A stretch of 64,000 nucleotides of DNA from contig OZ037769.1 in NCBI GenBank assembly GCA_964035545.1, positions 1,054,001 to 1,118,000 of the forward strand, read 5' to 3'. The stretch comes from Bugula neritina (Eukaryota > Animalia > Bryozoa). The stretch's first letter is position 1; each line of letters starts with the position of its first letter. A program made the translations under genes and the position numbers. Shown in pieces: positions 40,993 through 54,300 of the stretch. The notes under the pieces are model-generated. The model saw nothing but the letters and a program-made list of their open reading frames with translations. It made no database searches and was not told where the DNA came from.

Positions 40993-43900
40993 ATGGAAAG
41001 AGTTAGTACTTCAGAAAGACGGTGCACACCAACTAAATGCCGAAGTTGCTGCAAGTCATTTGCTGCGTTCCTATTTTCTACACTTGGTCTGGTGATAATG
41101 GTGGCTGCTTACTCGGTGCTGGGTGGAATGCTGTTTCAGAAGATTGAGCAGCAGTTGGAAAACGATACAATAAAAGATGCCAGGATATTAGTTAAAGAGC
41201 AAACAGACAGACGTGTAGCACAACTATGGGACTTGACTTACCGACTCAACATCCTGTATCCCGAGAACTGGACCATCGAGGCAACACAAATCTTAACCGA
41301 ATATCAGGTAAAACATTCTCAAGTGTAAATCAACTAAACCATATTTTAGCAAGGAGCCCACAAACATTATTTGCTGTTAAATAAGTTTGCATCAATGACG
41401 TTAACATTTTCAAAACTGTTATTTTCTTTTGAATTTTGTTTCAATTTGAAAAGGAACTGCTGCAGTAAGGACTTTTTGGTGGAATCTTCCAGAAACAAAA
41501 TAGTTTCTTTATTATAGCTTTACGATAATAGATATATTATAATAGTTGACTGAAGTATGAAAGTTCATTCACACAGAGCATTCAATTAGCTTTAAATGTG
41601 TGCATGTATAATCACCTGTTACTTTATAAGTCTAAATTTTATTTTGAATCAAGGATATATGGTTTTACTGTGAATAACTGTTCAACTTTAAATTTAGATC
41701 TTCAAAACATTTTATTTGCATTCAACATTAAAAGCAAAATATATTGAATAATAGTTCTAAAAATTCCTGAATAAGAGCTAGTCTATAATGCAAGCACATG
41801 AATAGGCAAAGACTATAAATTTTTTGTATTTGATAAATATAACTGACTATATAATGTTTTCAGTAACTGCAGCCTGCCCATGCAGGATTTTTGCCACTTG
41901 GGTAAGAATTGGATTTGTTATACAATTATTACAGAAAAAGAAGTAGAATATAGTATAATAATATATACAATATGATACAACATAATATAATAATATACAA
42001 TAAACTATAATCTTTCATTTAATATAATGTAATATGCTTTGAAATAGTAATGCTCCAGTATCAGCAAAAGTATAATATACCTTTGATGCAACTTTCATGC
42101 TTGGCAATTAAAGATACCCTCGTATGTTGGCTAAAATTCCTAACAGATGTGTCCTGCACTTATTGTCCCAGGAGAAAGTATATCTAAACTAAAAGAACTG
42201 CTGGTAACACTAGTATCAAAGGGTCAGAGTTTTATACACCTAACACTACTTTTGTAGCAGCTTTGCTTACACTTTTTTTATACTTTTGAGTAATTGCTAA
42301 AGTTACCCTCATGTTTTGGAAGAAAATTTCTGAAATTTTTCCTATAAATTAATATTGTTTTATGACCAACAAAATAAAGTACGCCTATAAAAACTATTTT
42401 TGTAAAAAATGTTCCTATAATTTTTACGTTTGAGTAATTACTTACTAAACTAACCATCATTTGATTAAATTTTTTAAATTTTTCTACCAATTAACCTTTG
42501 TTTTGTGACCAACAAAGCCATCAAACTATTGGCAAGATTACTACTTATTAAACTATGCAATAACCATCTACTTACCACCATAATCGACTCCAAGTAGTTT
42601 ATTTTCCAATTCTTATAGCTTTATCTATGCAAATCGTTTGGTATTTTAAAAACAGAACAATATATAGATTAAGCTCCACTTAAACTATATATACTAAACT
42701 CAGCCCACATCAACAATTAAATCTGTAGAATAAGGAGAGGTAAAAGGAAATGTAGAACTAATGTCTGAGAAACTCTCCCTAACAATGCAATTTTGATTGT
42801 AGAACTTTTTAGAAATTTTAGAAACTATTGCGTTTGCTGTTATTCAACAAACCCAATTAATCAATTATATTTTCATATAATATTTATTTATTACAACCAC
42901 TAAGTACATAAAGGTATACATGTATATACATGTATGTACCAGTATATACATGTATATATATAGGTATGTAGATTGCATGTACATGTATGTAAAGGTATAT
43001 ACAAGTATATATACAGGTATATACAGGTATATGGAGGTATGTATATGTACGTAAAGCAGTGTACAGCGGCAGCGATGCAAGAGATTAAGGTGTAGTTTTG
43101 AATACCTGAGGGTAGAATAGCTGCCAGTTGAAAGGGAACGGGAAAGCGCTAATGGTACTGATATGCGTTGATCAGATGATACGGTTTAGAAACAATTCAC
43201 AGATAATTACTTCCAGTTAACTACATTACTTTTTGCCAAAGTGACTTGAAATTACTTCTTACCAAAGTGATTTGGAATTATTTGTTACCAAAGTGACTTG
43301 AAATTACTTGTTACCAAAGTGACTTGGAATCACTTAATTGTTACCAAAGTGACTTGGAATTACTTGTTACCAAAGTGATTTGGAATCACTTGTTACCAAA
43401 GTGACTTGGAATCACTTGTTACCAAAGTGACTTGGAATTTTCAAGTTTTTTTTTCATAACAATTCCGTTGGTTTAGTTTCCCCAATAATAAGCTGATGTA
43501 TTATGTAAAGGTAGTTTGGCTAGTGTGAAATGTATGAACATTTTGTTAATATTTCATTTAAATGACTTCATTTGATTATTACATTGCCACACTACATCAA
43601 CACATTACATTATTATATATTTAATTTTTAGATTAAATTACCAAATTACACTACCACATTACATTACCACATTGCACCAACACGCTAAATTCCGTCTTAG
43701 ACTATCTGAATAAGGACCAATGTACTTTTTCATTTCAAACAACCACCTGCCCTTCAGGTCATCTAGCTGTATGCAGAAGTTAGATGACATGTCACGCTGT
43801 ATTAATATATGATGTTCACATCACTCAAGAGTATGGGCTGGTAGAATATCATGATCATTGATAAATTATTAAAAACTTGTAAATACACAGGATTCTTGAT

Positions 43901-44454
43901 GAATCAGATGTATGAGATCACATGACTTAGTTTATGTGTTTACAAACAGTGCACATCATACAGCATATGTACTTAATCATCTGTTTAATATGTACTTACT
44001 CATCTGTTTAATATGTACTTACTCATCTGTTTAATATGTACTTACTCATGAGATATGCTACTTTCTGCAGTATCTTCTACTTACTTCTGTCTGGTGAATG
44101 CACGACTTTTACTATAAGCAGCATTTAGTTACCTGAGGTTAACTTCTTAAAATCTCTTACAGTCAGTGTTTTATGTGGCAAATTTACTTTTCATTTTAAT
44201 TGAAATTTGAAAAAAATTATAATTAGTTGAAACTTGATTTCCTTAGATAAATTATTTTACAGCATTAGTATATTTTATTATATATTTTATGTTGTATGGC
44301 ATAATACCATATTATATAATATGTGTTAGTGTGTGAAATTAGATAACTGAAAACTTTTCAACATGTTTTATATTTTGATTGCAAATTTTACCACAAACCC
44401 ACAAAATTACTTCTAAACTGTTTATTCAAGAAAAAGCCAAAAAACACACACACA

Positions 44455-44499
<45 letters not shown>

Positions 44500-47481
44500 G
44501 CACGCACACACGCACACACGCACACACGCACACACGCACACACGCACACACGCACGCACACGCACACACACACACACACACACAACATAATTTATATGCA
44601 GTAACAAAATGATTCATGATGCTAATAATAGAACAGTGGCATAATGATATCATAATAACATATTGTATACAGCATACTATTGTACTCAATTAGAACTACA
44701 TTAGAACGGAATTCTCTTCTTTCATGCTAATTATTGGCTCGTCTATAACTGAAGCTATTATAGATACATCTAAGCATTTGATGATGTAGTGTTTGGGAGT
44801 CCATAGTTGGCAATTGTGCGTAGCTGGCTTTATGGGAAAATGATTTCTTTGTATTGTTACATCAAACTGCACTAACTTATGTCACTGAATGATTGCCTTG
44901 GAATCAAGGCTGACATATTTTTTGAATTTAAGAAAGCAAATGGCTCTCCTAGTTTAATGATACGTAGATTTCTAATTGGATCAAAATATAATCAGTGTGT
45001 TGTTAAAAATATATTTTTAATTAAAATTATATATTGAATTTTAGCAACTTGCAAAAATCTCGATTGATGTTATATATAGTTACCATTTACTTTTTAACAA
45101 CTATTTTTTCACATAACTCTATAAATAACTTTTTGGATAATACTAAAGAGTTAAATATGTTTACAGTAAAATTAAAAAACTTAATTTAAAATTAGTATGA
45201 AACCGTTATTAAGTAATATAAACTTTGTGAAATTTCATGTCTCTTATTGCCACGTTTAAATAATATTTTGACAGCTGCGGCTACTGGTACGTGTACTAAT
45301 AAGTTCTTGTTTAAATAAAATTCAAAATCAAGTTTAACATTAGTTTGAAATTGCCCAGTAAATGTAAATTTTAACAACACCTCTTAAACATACTTGGTTT
45401 GTAGAACGAGGTGTATAGCGCAGTGGTGGATAGCTCATGGGATGGTAAGGGAGTCGGGGAAACAATTGACACAAAATGGGAATTTCCAGGGGCTCTTCTA
45501 TACGCAGTGACTGCCATCACCACAATAGGTAAGCTTTGTCTGTGAGCAGCCATTATTTTCTTAGATCTGCATTTCAAATTAATATTTTCTCTATAATAAA
45601 TACATAGCTTATATCTGTCATATTTGCCCTGGCTGCAGCCGTATATAACATTACCACTGTTAAGTTACAGTAGTATATTATACTATTACTATTGTTAGGT
45701 TACAGTAGTATATAACATTACTACTGTTAGGTTACAGTAGTATATAACATTACTGTTGCTAGGTTACAGTAGTATATAACACTACTACTGTTAGGTTACA
45801 GTAGTATATAACATTACTACTGTTAGGTTACAGTAGTATATAACATTATTATTGTTAGGTTACAGTAGTATATAACATTACTACTGTTATGTTACAGTAG
45901 TATATAACATTACTGTTGCTAGGTTACAGTAGTATATAACATTACTGTTGCTAGGTTACAGTAGTATATAACATTACTGTTGCTAGGTTACAGTAGTATA
46001 TAACATTACTGTTGCTAGGTTACGGCCATGTGACTCCCAAGACAACACTAGGCATGTGTTGCACCATGCTCTACTGCCTCTTTGGACTGCCACTCACTCT
46101 CATGTGCATAGCCAACCTGGGGAAGTTCTTTGCTAGAGTGTTTCGCCTGGTCTACCACACCATCTGCTGTGGCGTCTGTTGCATCTGCTGCCTGTCATAC
46201 AGGCAGCGTAAGATGGCTAAGAAACTGGAGCTAGAGGCTCACTCAGCGGATTTAGAAGCTGTTGGAAATGGGAGGGATTTGACCATAACCAACGACCCAA
46301 TAGCAACCAGCAACAGCGCTATAGGCACCCGCGAAAGACTGAGGGGGAAACTAAACGTGACTTTTAGTAAAACTCAAGTTTGGCTATCCAATGTCAAGGC
46401 CAAGTTTACACACAGCATGAGAGATGATGTCACTGTGCCAGTATACCTTTGTTTGGTTGTCATGGCAGCGTATATAGTAGGAGGAGCTTTGCTCTTCTCT
46501 CTTTGGGATCAATGGGAGTTTGTAGAAGGCGCATACTTCTGCTTCGTAACTCTGACAACTATTGGGTTCGGAGATTATGTCCCTGGCATTGCCAACGGCT
46601 ACTCCGGAAAGAATGGGACAGAGAGACTTATTTTGTGCAGCTTGTACGTGTTCTTTGGACTAGCGCTCATCGGTATGTGTATCGACTTGATGCAAGCAGA
46701 CGTGTTGCACAAACTGCGATGGATTGCGCACAAAATGGGGGTTTTAAACAAAGATAACGAGAAAGTTTCTTTCCAGATGAGTAAAAATGTTCCAGCGGCT
46801 GCAATTCATAAACTCTCTGACATCAGCGACGGGCCTTGCTCAAGCAATGCTGCTGACAGAGAAAAATTTAATTCCGAAATTTCACTGAATGACATAAATG
46901 AGATTTCTAAAGCCCCGTACAATCGAGTCTCAACTAATTCTGTAACTCCACATGCAACTACTAAGAAGAAAACTCCAAAAAATAAGCCTTGGGTTGGCGC
47001 GGTTATTGTCACACACAGGGAGCCTAATGGAGAGCTAGGCTATGCTTACAGCACACAAGGCAGCACATATACATTACCTGAGGAGACACAAAGAGATAAT
47101 CAATCGTTTAGTGCTCCAACCAATGAAGAGATGCTCACACCACCACCGGAATATTCTGAGTTTTGCCAGAGCCAAAATAACATTGAGCACGCAACTCCTG
47201 TTAGCTACTACGATGATCTGCCTACACATATATCTGCCATCACACCAGCGCATCTGAGACTTCAAGAAGTCAGCACCCCTATAGCACACCAAAAGAGCAC
47301 AGCTAATACAGAGAGAGAAGACAACTTCCTTGGGAATGGAAGAAAGGATTATGCAGGCGAGCCATTGATAAAGAACAGTGAGCTAAATTTAGAAATGAAA
47401 GCAAATGTTAACGGAGAGCTTACTCTGCTTGTCACTACACCAACTGATGAACCTCTATCCAGACTCACTACTAGCTCTTAG
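40993..47481 (+). CDS. Two-pore-domain (K2P/TWIK/KCNK18-like) potassium channel, ~633 aa. Exons: 40993-41307, 45405-45528, 46019-47481
   Basis: M1 ([21 protein letters not shown]), cap domain, P1 [21 protein letters not shown]2, long M2-M3 loop, M3, P2 [20 protein letters not shown]4 and a long C-tail. The start may lie upstream (40960 or 40016). Confidence 0.93.
43233..43438. repeat. ~26-bp intronic minisatellite
   Basis: (gttaccaaagtgacttggaattactt)n, ~7 copies. Confidence 0.85.
44443..44584. repeat. (CA)n/(CACGCA)n microsatellite
   Basis: Direct inspection. Confidence 0.95.
45641..46023. repeat. 32-bp minisatellite (~12 copies) ending at, and repeating, the acceptor of the K2P GYG exon
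   Basis: Unit gttacagtagtatataacattact(ac/gt)tg(t/c)tag; AG|GTTAC recurs every 32 nt up to the true acceptor at 46017-46018. Confidence 0.9.
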
Positions 47482-47498
47482 CACACATCAACTCGCTG

Positions 47499-47728
47499 GT
47501 GACTCATCACATAAGAATGCATATTATGACTAATCATACAGACTAAATATGACTCATTGTATATGTCAACATGTGACTCATCACACGGGCTGAATATGAC
47601 TCATTGTATATATCAACATGTGACTCATTGCACAGACTAAATATGAGTCATTGCATATATCAACATGTGACTCATTGCATAGGCTAAATATGACTCATTG
47701 TATATGTCATCATGTGACTCATCACACA
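47499..47728. repeat. ~47-bp (2 x 23-24 bp) tandem repeat just 3' of the K2P stop, rich in TGACTCA
   Basis: About 9 TGA(C/G)TCA heptamers at a 23-24 bp period. Confidence 0.75.
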
Positions 47729-48946
47729 GGCCAACAGTAGCTCATTATTTGCTCATCTTAAAACTAAGAATCACTATGACTACTGACTGTTATATTTCTG
47801 CCTTTGCTAATTAGAGTGAAGGATAAATGCTGCTAGCTGCAGTGGTTTGGGTTGTAGTAATACTGTTGGAGTAAAATACTTACAGTACATATATCCTGGA
47901 ACACAAGCACATTGTTACTTAAATCAAAACCACATTAGTTGCTATATGATACTTTTCATCAATTACATTGATATAATATTGAATTATTGTGCAGATGGTT
48001 ATCAACTATTATTGACTCAAAACCTTATCACTATAGTTATTGGTTTTCAACATGGTAGCTGGTATAGTCCATAACAATTTATGTTAGTCATGCAATGAGC
48101 TGTGCTCTAAAATAAAAGTTATATTTTGCTGAAAATCAAATGTTTTTCAGAGTTATGAGGAGTTGGTTTTTACATTGAGTAACTTAGCTAATCAGAATCA
48201 TTGTTGCATCAAGTAATTAATATTTTGTCATTTCATATCTCAAAACTTAATTAGTGTTTAAAAAGCTTTTCTGGGTAAAATGAAAGTTTTTGCTGCATGT
48301 ATATAGTCTCATTCAAACGGCTCATCTTTCATTTACAGCATAAAAAGCTGAGATTAAAGGTTATCTCAAGTTTTTAAGTCTTTCCAAAGTAGTCCGAGTA
48401 GTACTTGCAGAAAACTCTTATGTGATTGACTGTTTTTATTGCTGAACAATTTGATTTCTTGTACTGATTAGCTAGGGGAGAAGATATACTTACACAGCCA
48501 TTTACAATAGTTGCGTAAACCATGCCTATTTATTGTCTATAGCTATTCATAAGGGGGTAGTGCAGTAGGATGACATTTGCCATATATAAGCTCTGAGGCT
48601 CTGCTGAAAAATAAACCTTATCTTTCACAGTGCAACTTTTTGGTAAAATCTTAAAATGAGTTTAAAATGTTGTATTAATAAAGCTGACAGCAAATGGGCA
48701 TTACTATATAGCTGCCTAATTGTGAACAGTTGAGAATTGCAAAACAGCATCTATCCTAATATACTGAAATACATACAAATTACAGAATTGCTTAAATATA
48801 AACCAAACTATGGGAGCTGACTTTAACTGAGTTTTGCTTTCATATTAGAGCATGTAGAATCTCACATTAAGATTGAGATGACAACTTCAACAAATCTTTG
48901 CTAATGTAAATAATTATTCTTCTATATTTCCCACTTACATTTTAAG

Positions 48947-48983
48947 TGCGAGTGCGTACGTGCGTGCGTGCGTGCGTGCGTGC

Positions 48984-49037
<54 letters not shown>

Positions 49038-49071
49038 GTTTGTGTGTGTGCGTGTGTTTGCGTGTGTGTGT
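48947..49071. repeat. (TGCG)n(TG)n microsatellite
   Basis: Direct inspection. Confidence 0.95.
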
Positions 49072-51314
49072 TTGGTTTATATACTACTATTCTATATACT
49101 AGTTAATTTGCATCACCATAAAAATAAACAATTGTATTGCAAAATAACTTACACATATAAACCTAACAACAAGGTGGGTTTGTATGCATTGCAAGAAGAC
49201 GGTCATGTACCAATTAGTAAGCATTCTGTATTGCAAAGATTTGCCTTCTCTTATATGTTAACTAAAAGTTACCGCAACTATTTATTTGAGCTAAGGCTAT
49301 TGACTGTGTGCGGTTACATGATTAGCATAATCTAAAATGTGCCGTGAGTCAAACAGTAAGTGTCAAGTCCTGTGAAAGAACATTGCAAAAGAAGAAATAA
49401 TTTGATGGTGGCAGAAGGCAATGGAAGTAGAATAGTGAAGCTGTATAGATATACATCCAATGTGTTTTCTAGTTTTAGAACAATACTATAGGTTTCATTT
49501 GTTCAACTCTGGAGCTGGAACGGCCTCAGTGAATTCATTTTATTTCTTTAAAGTAAATGATAAACACGCTTATTGCATAACTGATGAAACTGATTTGATT
49601 AAAATAAAAATACATTATCAAGCATTTGCTTTAGAGATAGTCTATTTAAAAATAATTTTCTAAGACAGTTAATTTTAAAACAAAGAGCTAAAAGTTGTAG
49701 CCATTGATGAAATTTGTTACACTTGTTTGCAATATATTCTATTGCATTCCATTGTAACTTATGCAACCAGCAAATGATGTGAGATTATAGGAGTTAAGAT
49801 AAATGGGTTCATAAATTGGATGTAGTTTGCCAATATCTAGAAAACAAAATTATAACGCGTTACAGTACACAGATAGTATAATAGAGAGATGAATGCCATG
49901 TTGGAATGTAAACAACATAACATGTGGTGATGCGGTGATGAATAAATGAAACCTAATCAGTACTGCTTGATACCACTGAATGTATTGCATTTCAAAGGAA
50001 TTAGGAATCATACATCCGGTGATAAGTTGTTATACCTATATCGTGATATGCTATTTTTAGAGCATGTTATCCATACAGTAATTTATGCATAACATAACGT
50101 AATGCGTTGTTTCAATACAAATCACGTTTATTCAGACTTTAGAGTAAATAAGCGTGGGAGATTATCTGTTGGGGCTGTTGATTTCTCAATCACTTGTCAG
50201 AAGTTCGAAAATAATCTGAAGGAAATCCTTAATAAACAAATCAGTCCTTAAGAATGAGTCTGTAGAATTATCTCCACCTGTACAATGCACATGACCACAT
50301 ACATGCCTTCGCCTAATAAAATGATCTCTGAATTCACAAGGAAACATGGAAATCGCTCTACACAATATTAAATTTCAATCTATAAATTTTTAGAAAAGCA
50401 CACTGCATACCATTTTTTTATAATCAACCACATCATGTCAAATGTCAAACTTTTTTACTTCTCTTGTATAGATGTGATTCTACAGAGAAGTTATTGTGCC
50501 AAAGTATGATTCTTTGTTTGAACCCAATACTTCATACCATGCAGGAACAATTCTGATTTTATTAGCCAAGTTGACATCTTCCACACACTTAAGGCATCAA
50601 GTTGATATCAAAGCCACTATATATTGTGTATGTTGCACGTTTGGTTATTATATTAGGCTCTGAAAATATCTAGTTAGATGTTTGGGATGATGCCCTTCTG
50701 TATGAACTGTAAGATATCAGAATCTTGTAGATAATATCGAGGCATTACATTTCTTGTGGTATTTTGACCTACTCAAAGATTTAGTAGTTCTACACATATT
50801 ATCTTACTCAGGGATGTAGTGGTACCCATACGGTCCCATACGCCGTATGGCCTAGAAGAAAATAGGCTGTTCTTGGCCATACGCCCGTATGGGCATATAT
50901 TTTTTGAAAGTGTTACTGATTAGTGCACAGGATAGTTAGGGCATCCTCACTGAGAACATCATAAATTTCGCTCACAGTCTAGTGTAAGTTCTTGTTATGT
51001 TAATGCTATGTGGGTGGCATGCGTGTTGCCTACTTGTGATTGTTTAGCCTGAGATTATACTATGAATAATAAGCAGCCAATGAACTCAATAATATCTGGA
51101 ATGGGTACGGGTGTACTTTGTAATGTAACCTCGTTGCCGATTGGCTTTGTGAGCCCGAGCATGCTCTTTTTCTAGCGGGAGAAAATAGAGCCGGTCGTCC
51201 ATCATTTCGATTGAGTGAATCTCACTTTTAAACTTTGTTTTTTGTCCTGCTTTATATCTCAAGCAACTATATTTTTATTTAATTGTGTTCTCTATCACCT
51301 CTACTTCGTTGAAC

Positions 51315-54300
51315 ATGTCGAATTCTCCGTATCCTAAGCAAACTAAGGGTCAAAGAAGCAAGACCACTGGGTCTCAGTGTTATGCATACAATTGCCGCAA
51401 CTACCAGTACAGCAGTTACAGTAAAGACAAAAAAATCTCTTTTCACAAGTAAGTATATGGCTTTAGTTACAAAAATCAGTAAAAGTAATACATTAACTAG
51501 CGTAACAGTAGGCTTAATAGTTGTGGTAGCGGTGCTGCTGCCTACTAGTAGTACTAGTACTAGTAGTAGTAGTACTCTACTACGTCTACTACTAGTAATA
51601 GTAGTACTATAGTAATACACTAATACTAATAGTAATACTAATAGCTAAGCCTAATGCTATACTTACGGTACCAGTATAAAAGTACTACTGCTGCTGCTGT
51701 TGCTACTGCTGCTGCTGCTACTACTACTACTACTACTGCTGCTGCTACTACTACTGCTACTACTACTACTAGCCTGCTGCTAGTGTTATTGAAACTAGAG
51801 CACTAGTACTACAACTGCTAGTACTACTAGCCTACTGCTAGTGTTATTGTTATTAGTAGAGCACTAGTACTACAACTGCTAGTACTACTACTACTACTAC
51901 TACCAGTACAGGTACTCAGTAGTAGTAGTAACTTACTCATAAATTGTTATTATAATTCGAGTATCAGTATGAGTATGAATAGTACTATTACTAATAGTAT
52001 TATTATGATCAACAATAACAGTAACTACACAATGTGAAAATGTGAAAGTCGAAGTGTGAGTGACTCACTCTGAATATCTACTCATATTGATGTCACTATT
52101 ATTATTGCTAACAACTTTATTATGTTGATGTTATTTACAGCAAGTTTATTATTTTTAAAGCATTACTGGATTAATTTACTCTCTTTAATAAATATTGAAA
52201 ATCTTCTGTTGATTGATATTGGATTTTACGGTTACCTAAAGTTTTAATGTTTTTATGGTTTAAATAGGTTGCACTATTGATAAAGCATAACATATCAGTT
52301 TGTAAATAATTTTGGCTAGTGCAGTATTTTTTTATTTAGATTTCCCAACAAGCAGAAGGACTTCAGTCGTTGGAATGTTTGGTGGAAAGTTTCTCGCCGC
52401 CAAGAAGAACCTAGTGAAAGATCTCTACTGTGTAGCGATCATTTTTATAGCGATTCTTTCGAAAGCACAAGCCAACCTCGGCGTTTGCGAAGTGGAGCTG
52501 TTCCAGCAGAGGAATTGGTTGCTGTTCCAGAGAGACTTATAGTAAGTTGATATTCATGCAACAGTCATTGGAATGATAAAATTAATTATTGTGCTTGCAC
52601 ATCTGTATATTTCAATTTTTAGAGAAAAAGAACTCCCCGAACTACTCATACTAGTCGCCGTGCTGAAGAAAAAGATGAGATTTCAATTGAAACCACTAAA
52701 ATGAGCTTGAACACTTCAGCAGCTGTAGTTCTTAAGGTTATTAGATAGCTTATTTAACTATGACTTAATATTGATGTATTTACTTGCCACTTTATGGTAA
52801 ATAGCTGTGCTGTATACTATAATAATATATTTTTTCTACATTTGGTTATTTTTGTATTAAAGTTGAATAATTTCATATGATACAGGATCATTGCTATAGT
52901 ACCACTCCCGATGCTTTGAAGCAAAGAGTTAGGTTTTTAGAAGAAAAGGTTAGCCAATTACAGAAGCAAGTTAGCAATTCAACTAGACGTGCCAAAAGAT
53001 CAAAAATGAAGCTTGCAGAATGCATCAAGTTGGTCAGAGAAAAAAGTTTGATCAATGGTGAATTGGAGGAAAAGTTGAAAGGTTTTGCTGGTATGATTTT
53101 ACAATTTAATAACGCCTTGACATTTTCAGTTGAAACTCTGTCTAAAGTTGATATTACCATACAGATGTTCCTGATGGCCTATTCACTCCACTCCGTGGCA
53201 AATACTCAGAAAGTCAGCAAAAATTTGCACTAACGCTACATCTCTACTCACCAAAGGCTTATGAGTTTCTCAGAAGTTACATGACACTCCCATCCCCACG
53301 ATCCCTGAGGCGGTAAGATGTTCTTTAATCAGCATTTGAAATAAAATAATCCTTAGATATTGACTACATCATGTGACAACAATTAATGTTTTATAGATGG
53401 ATGGAAAATGTTGACTGTAAGCCTGGTATAAATAGGGTTTGTTACAGCTTTTGGCTTTATTTCTTTAAAATACTGTAACTGCAATCGTCCCATGTTCTGT
53501 TGATGTTACTTTTTCTGTAGCGAGTTGATCGGTTGTTTGACATCCTGAATAGTCGATCAGCAATAGCTAAAGGCTACAAGCAGCCTTTACATCTCAATGG
53601 TATCAGTGTCATCACTCCTTTTCTGAAAGATACACGGCAATATTTGCTAGGCCTAAAGAATAATGAAGGGATACCTCTGTACAAGACCAAAAGGTAAATT
53701 TCCTATTAACAAAGAAAGTGTTAATTGCTTATATTTCAGATCTAATATGTGCCTGTCCCTATTTATGTTATTTACAGACATGTTTGTATTACTGGACTTG
53801 TATGTGCCATTGACACAGTATTTGGGTTGGTGGAGAAACTGTTGGTGCCTAAAACACTCGACTATCTGCTAATGTATAAATTTTCGCAAGACCATTTAGA
53901 GCTTTTCTTCAATGCAGTTCGCCGTTGTGGTATGCTATAGCTCTGAACAGCTATGCATGAAGCCCAGTCTGCATGCACTTATGTTAACATGTTCATTTGT
54001 TCTCTTACTCTCTTATCTCTTTCCTTCAGGTGTTCGGTTTTTCACTTTGCTTTGATAGGTGCAACTAAGATGGTCGGCTGGACCAACTGTGTTGAAAAGT
54101 GAATTTTTTTGCATGAGCTTAGTGGTTAAAATGCATGCAATATGAAGTATATTTTATCAACTTTTGAATATCAAGAAACAAGAATAATGAATTTTCAAAA
54201 ATTTCCAAAACTGTGGTGTCAAAGCAATTGTGCATTTTTTAAATTAAATGACTTTTTTGGCTTAATTGCATGCAAGGTTTTGCTTGTGTTCTAAAAAACA

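Noticed and set aside
46985-47015. GAVIVT as a TRESK-like calcineurin PxIxIT docking site
   Set aside because: Lacks the leading Pro and lies in the C-tail rather than the M2-M3 loop
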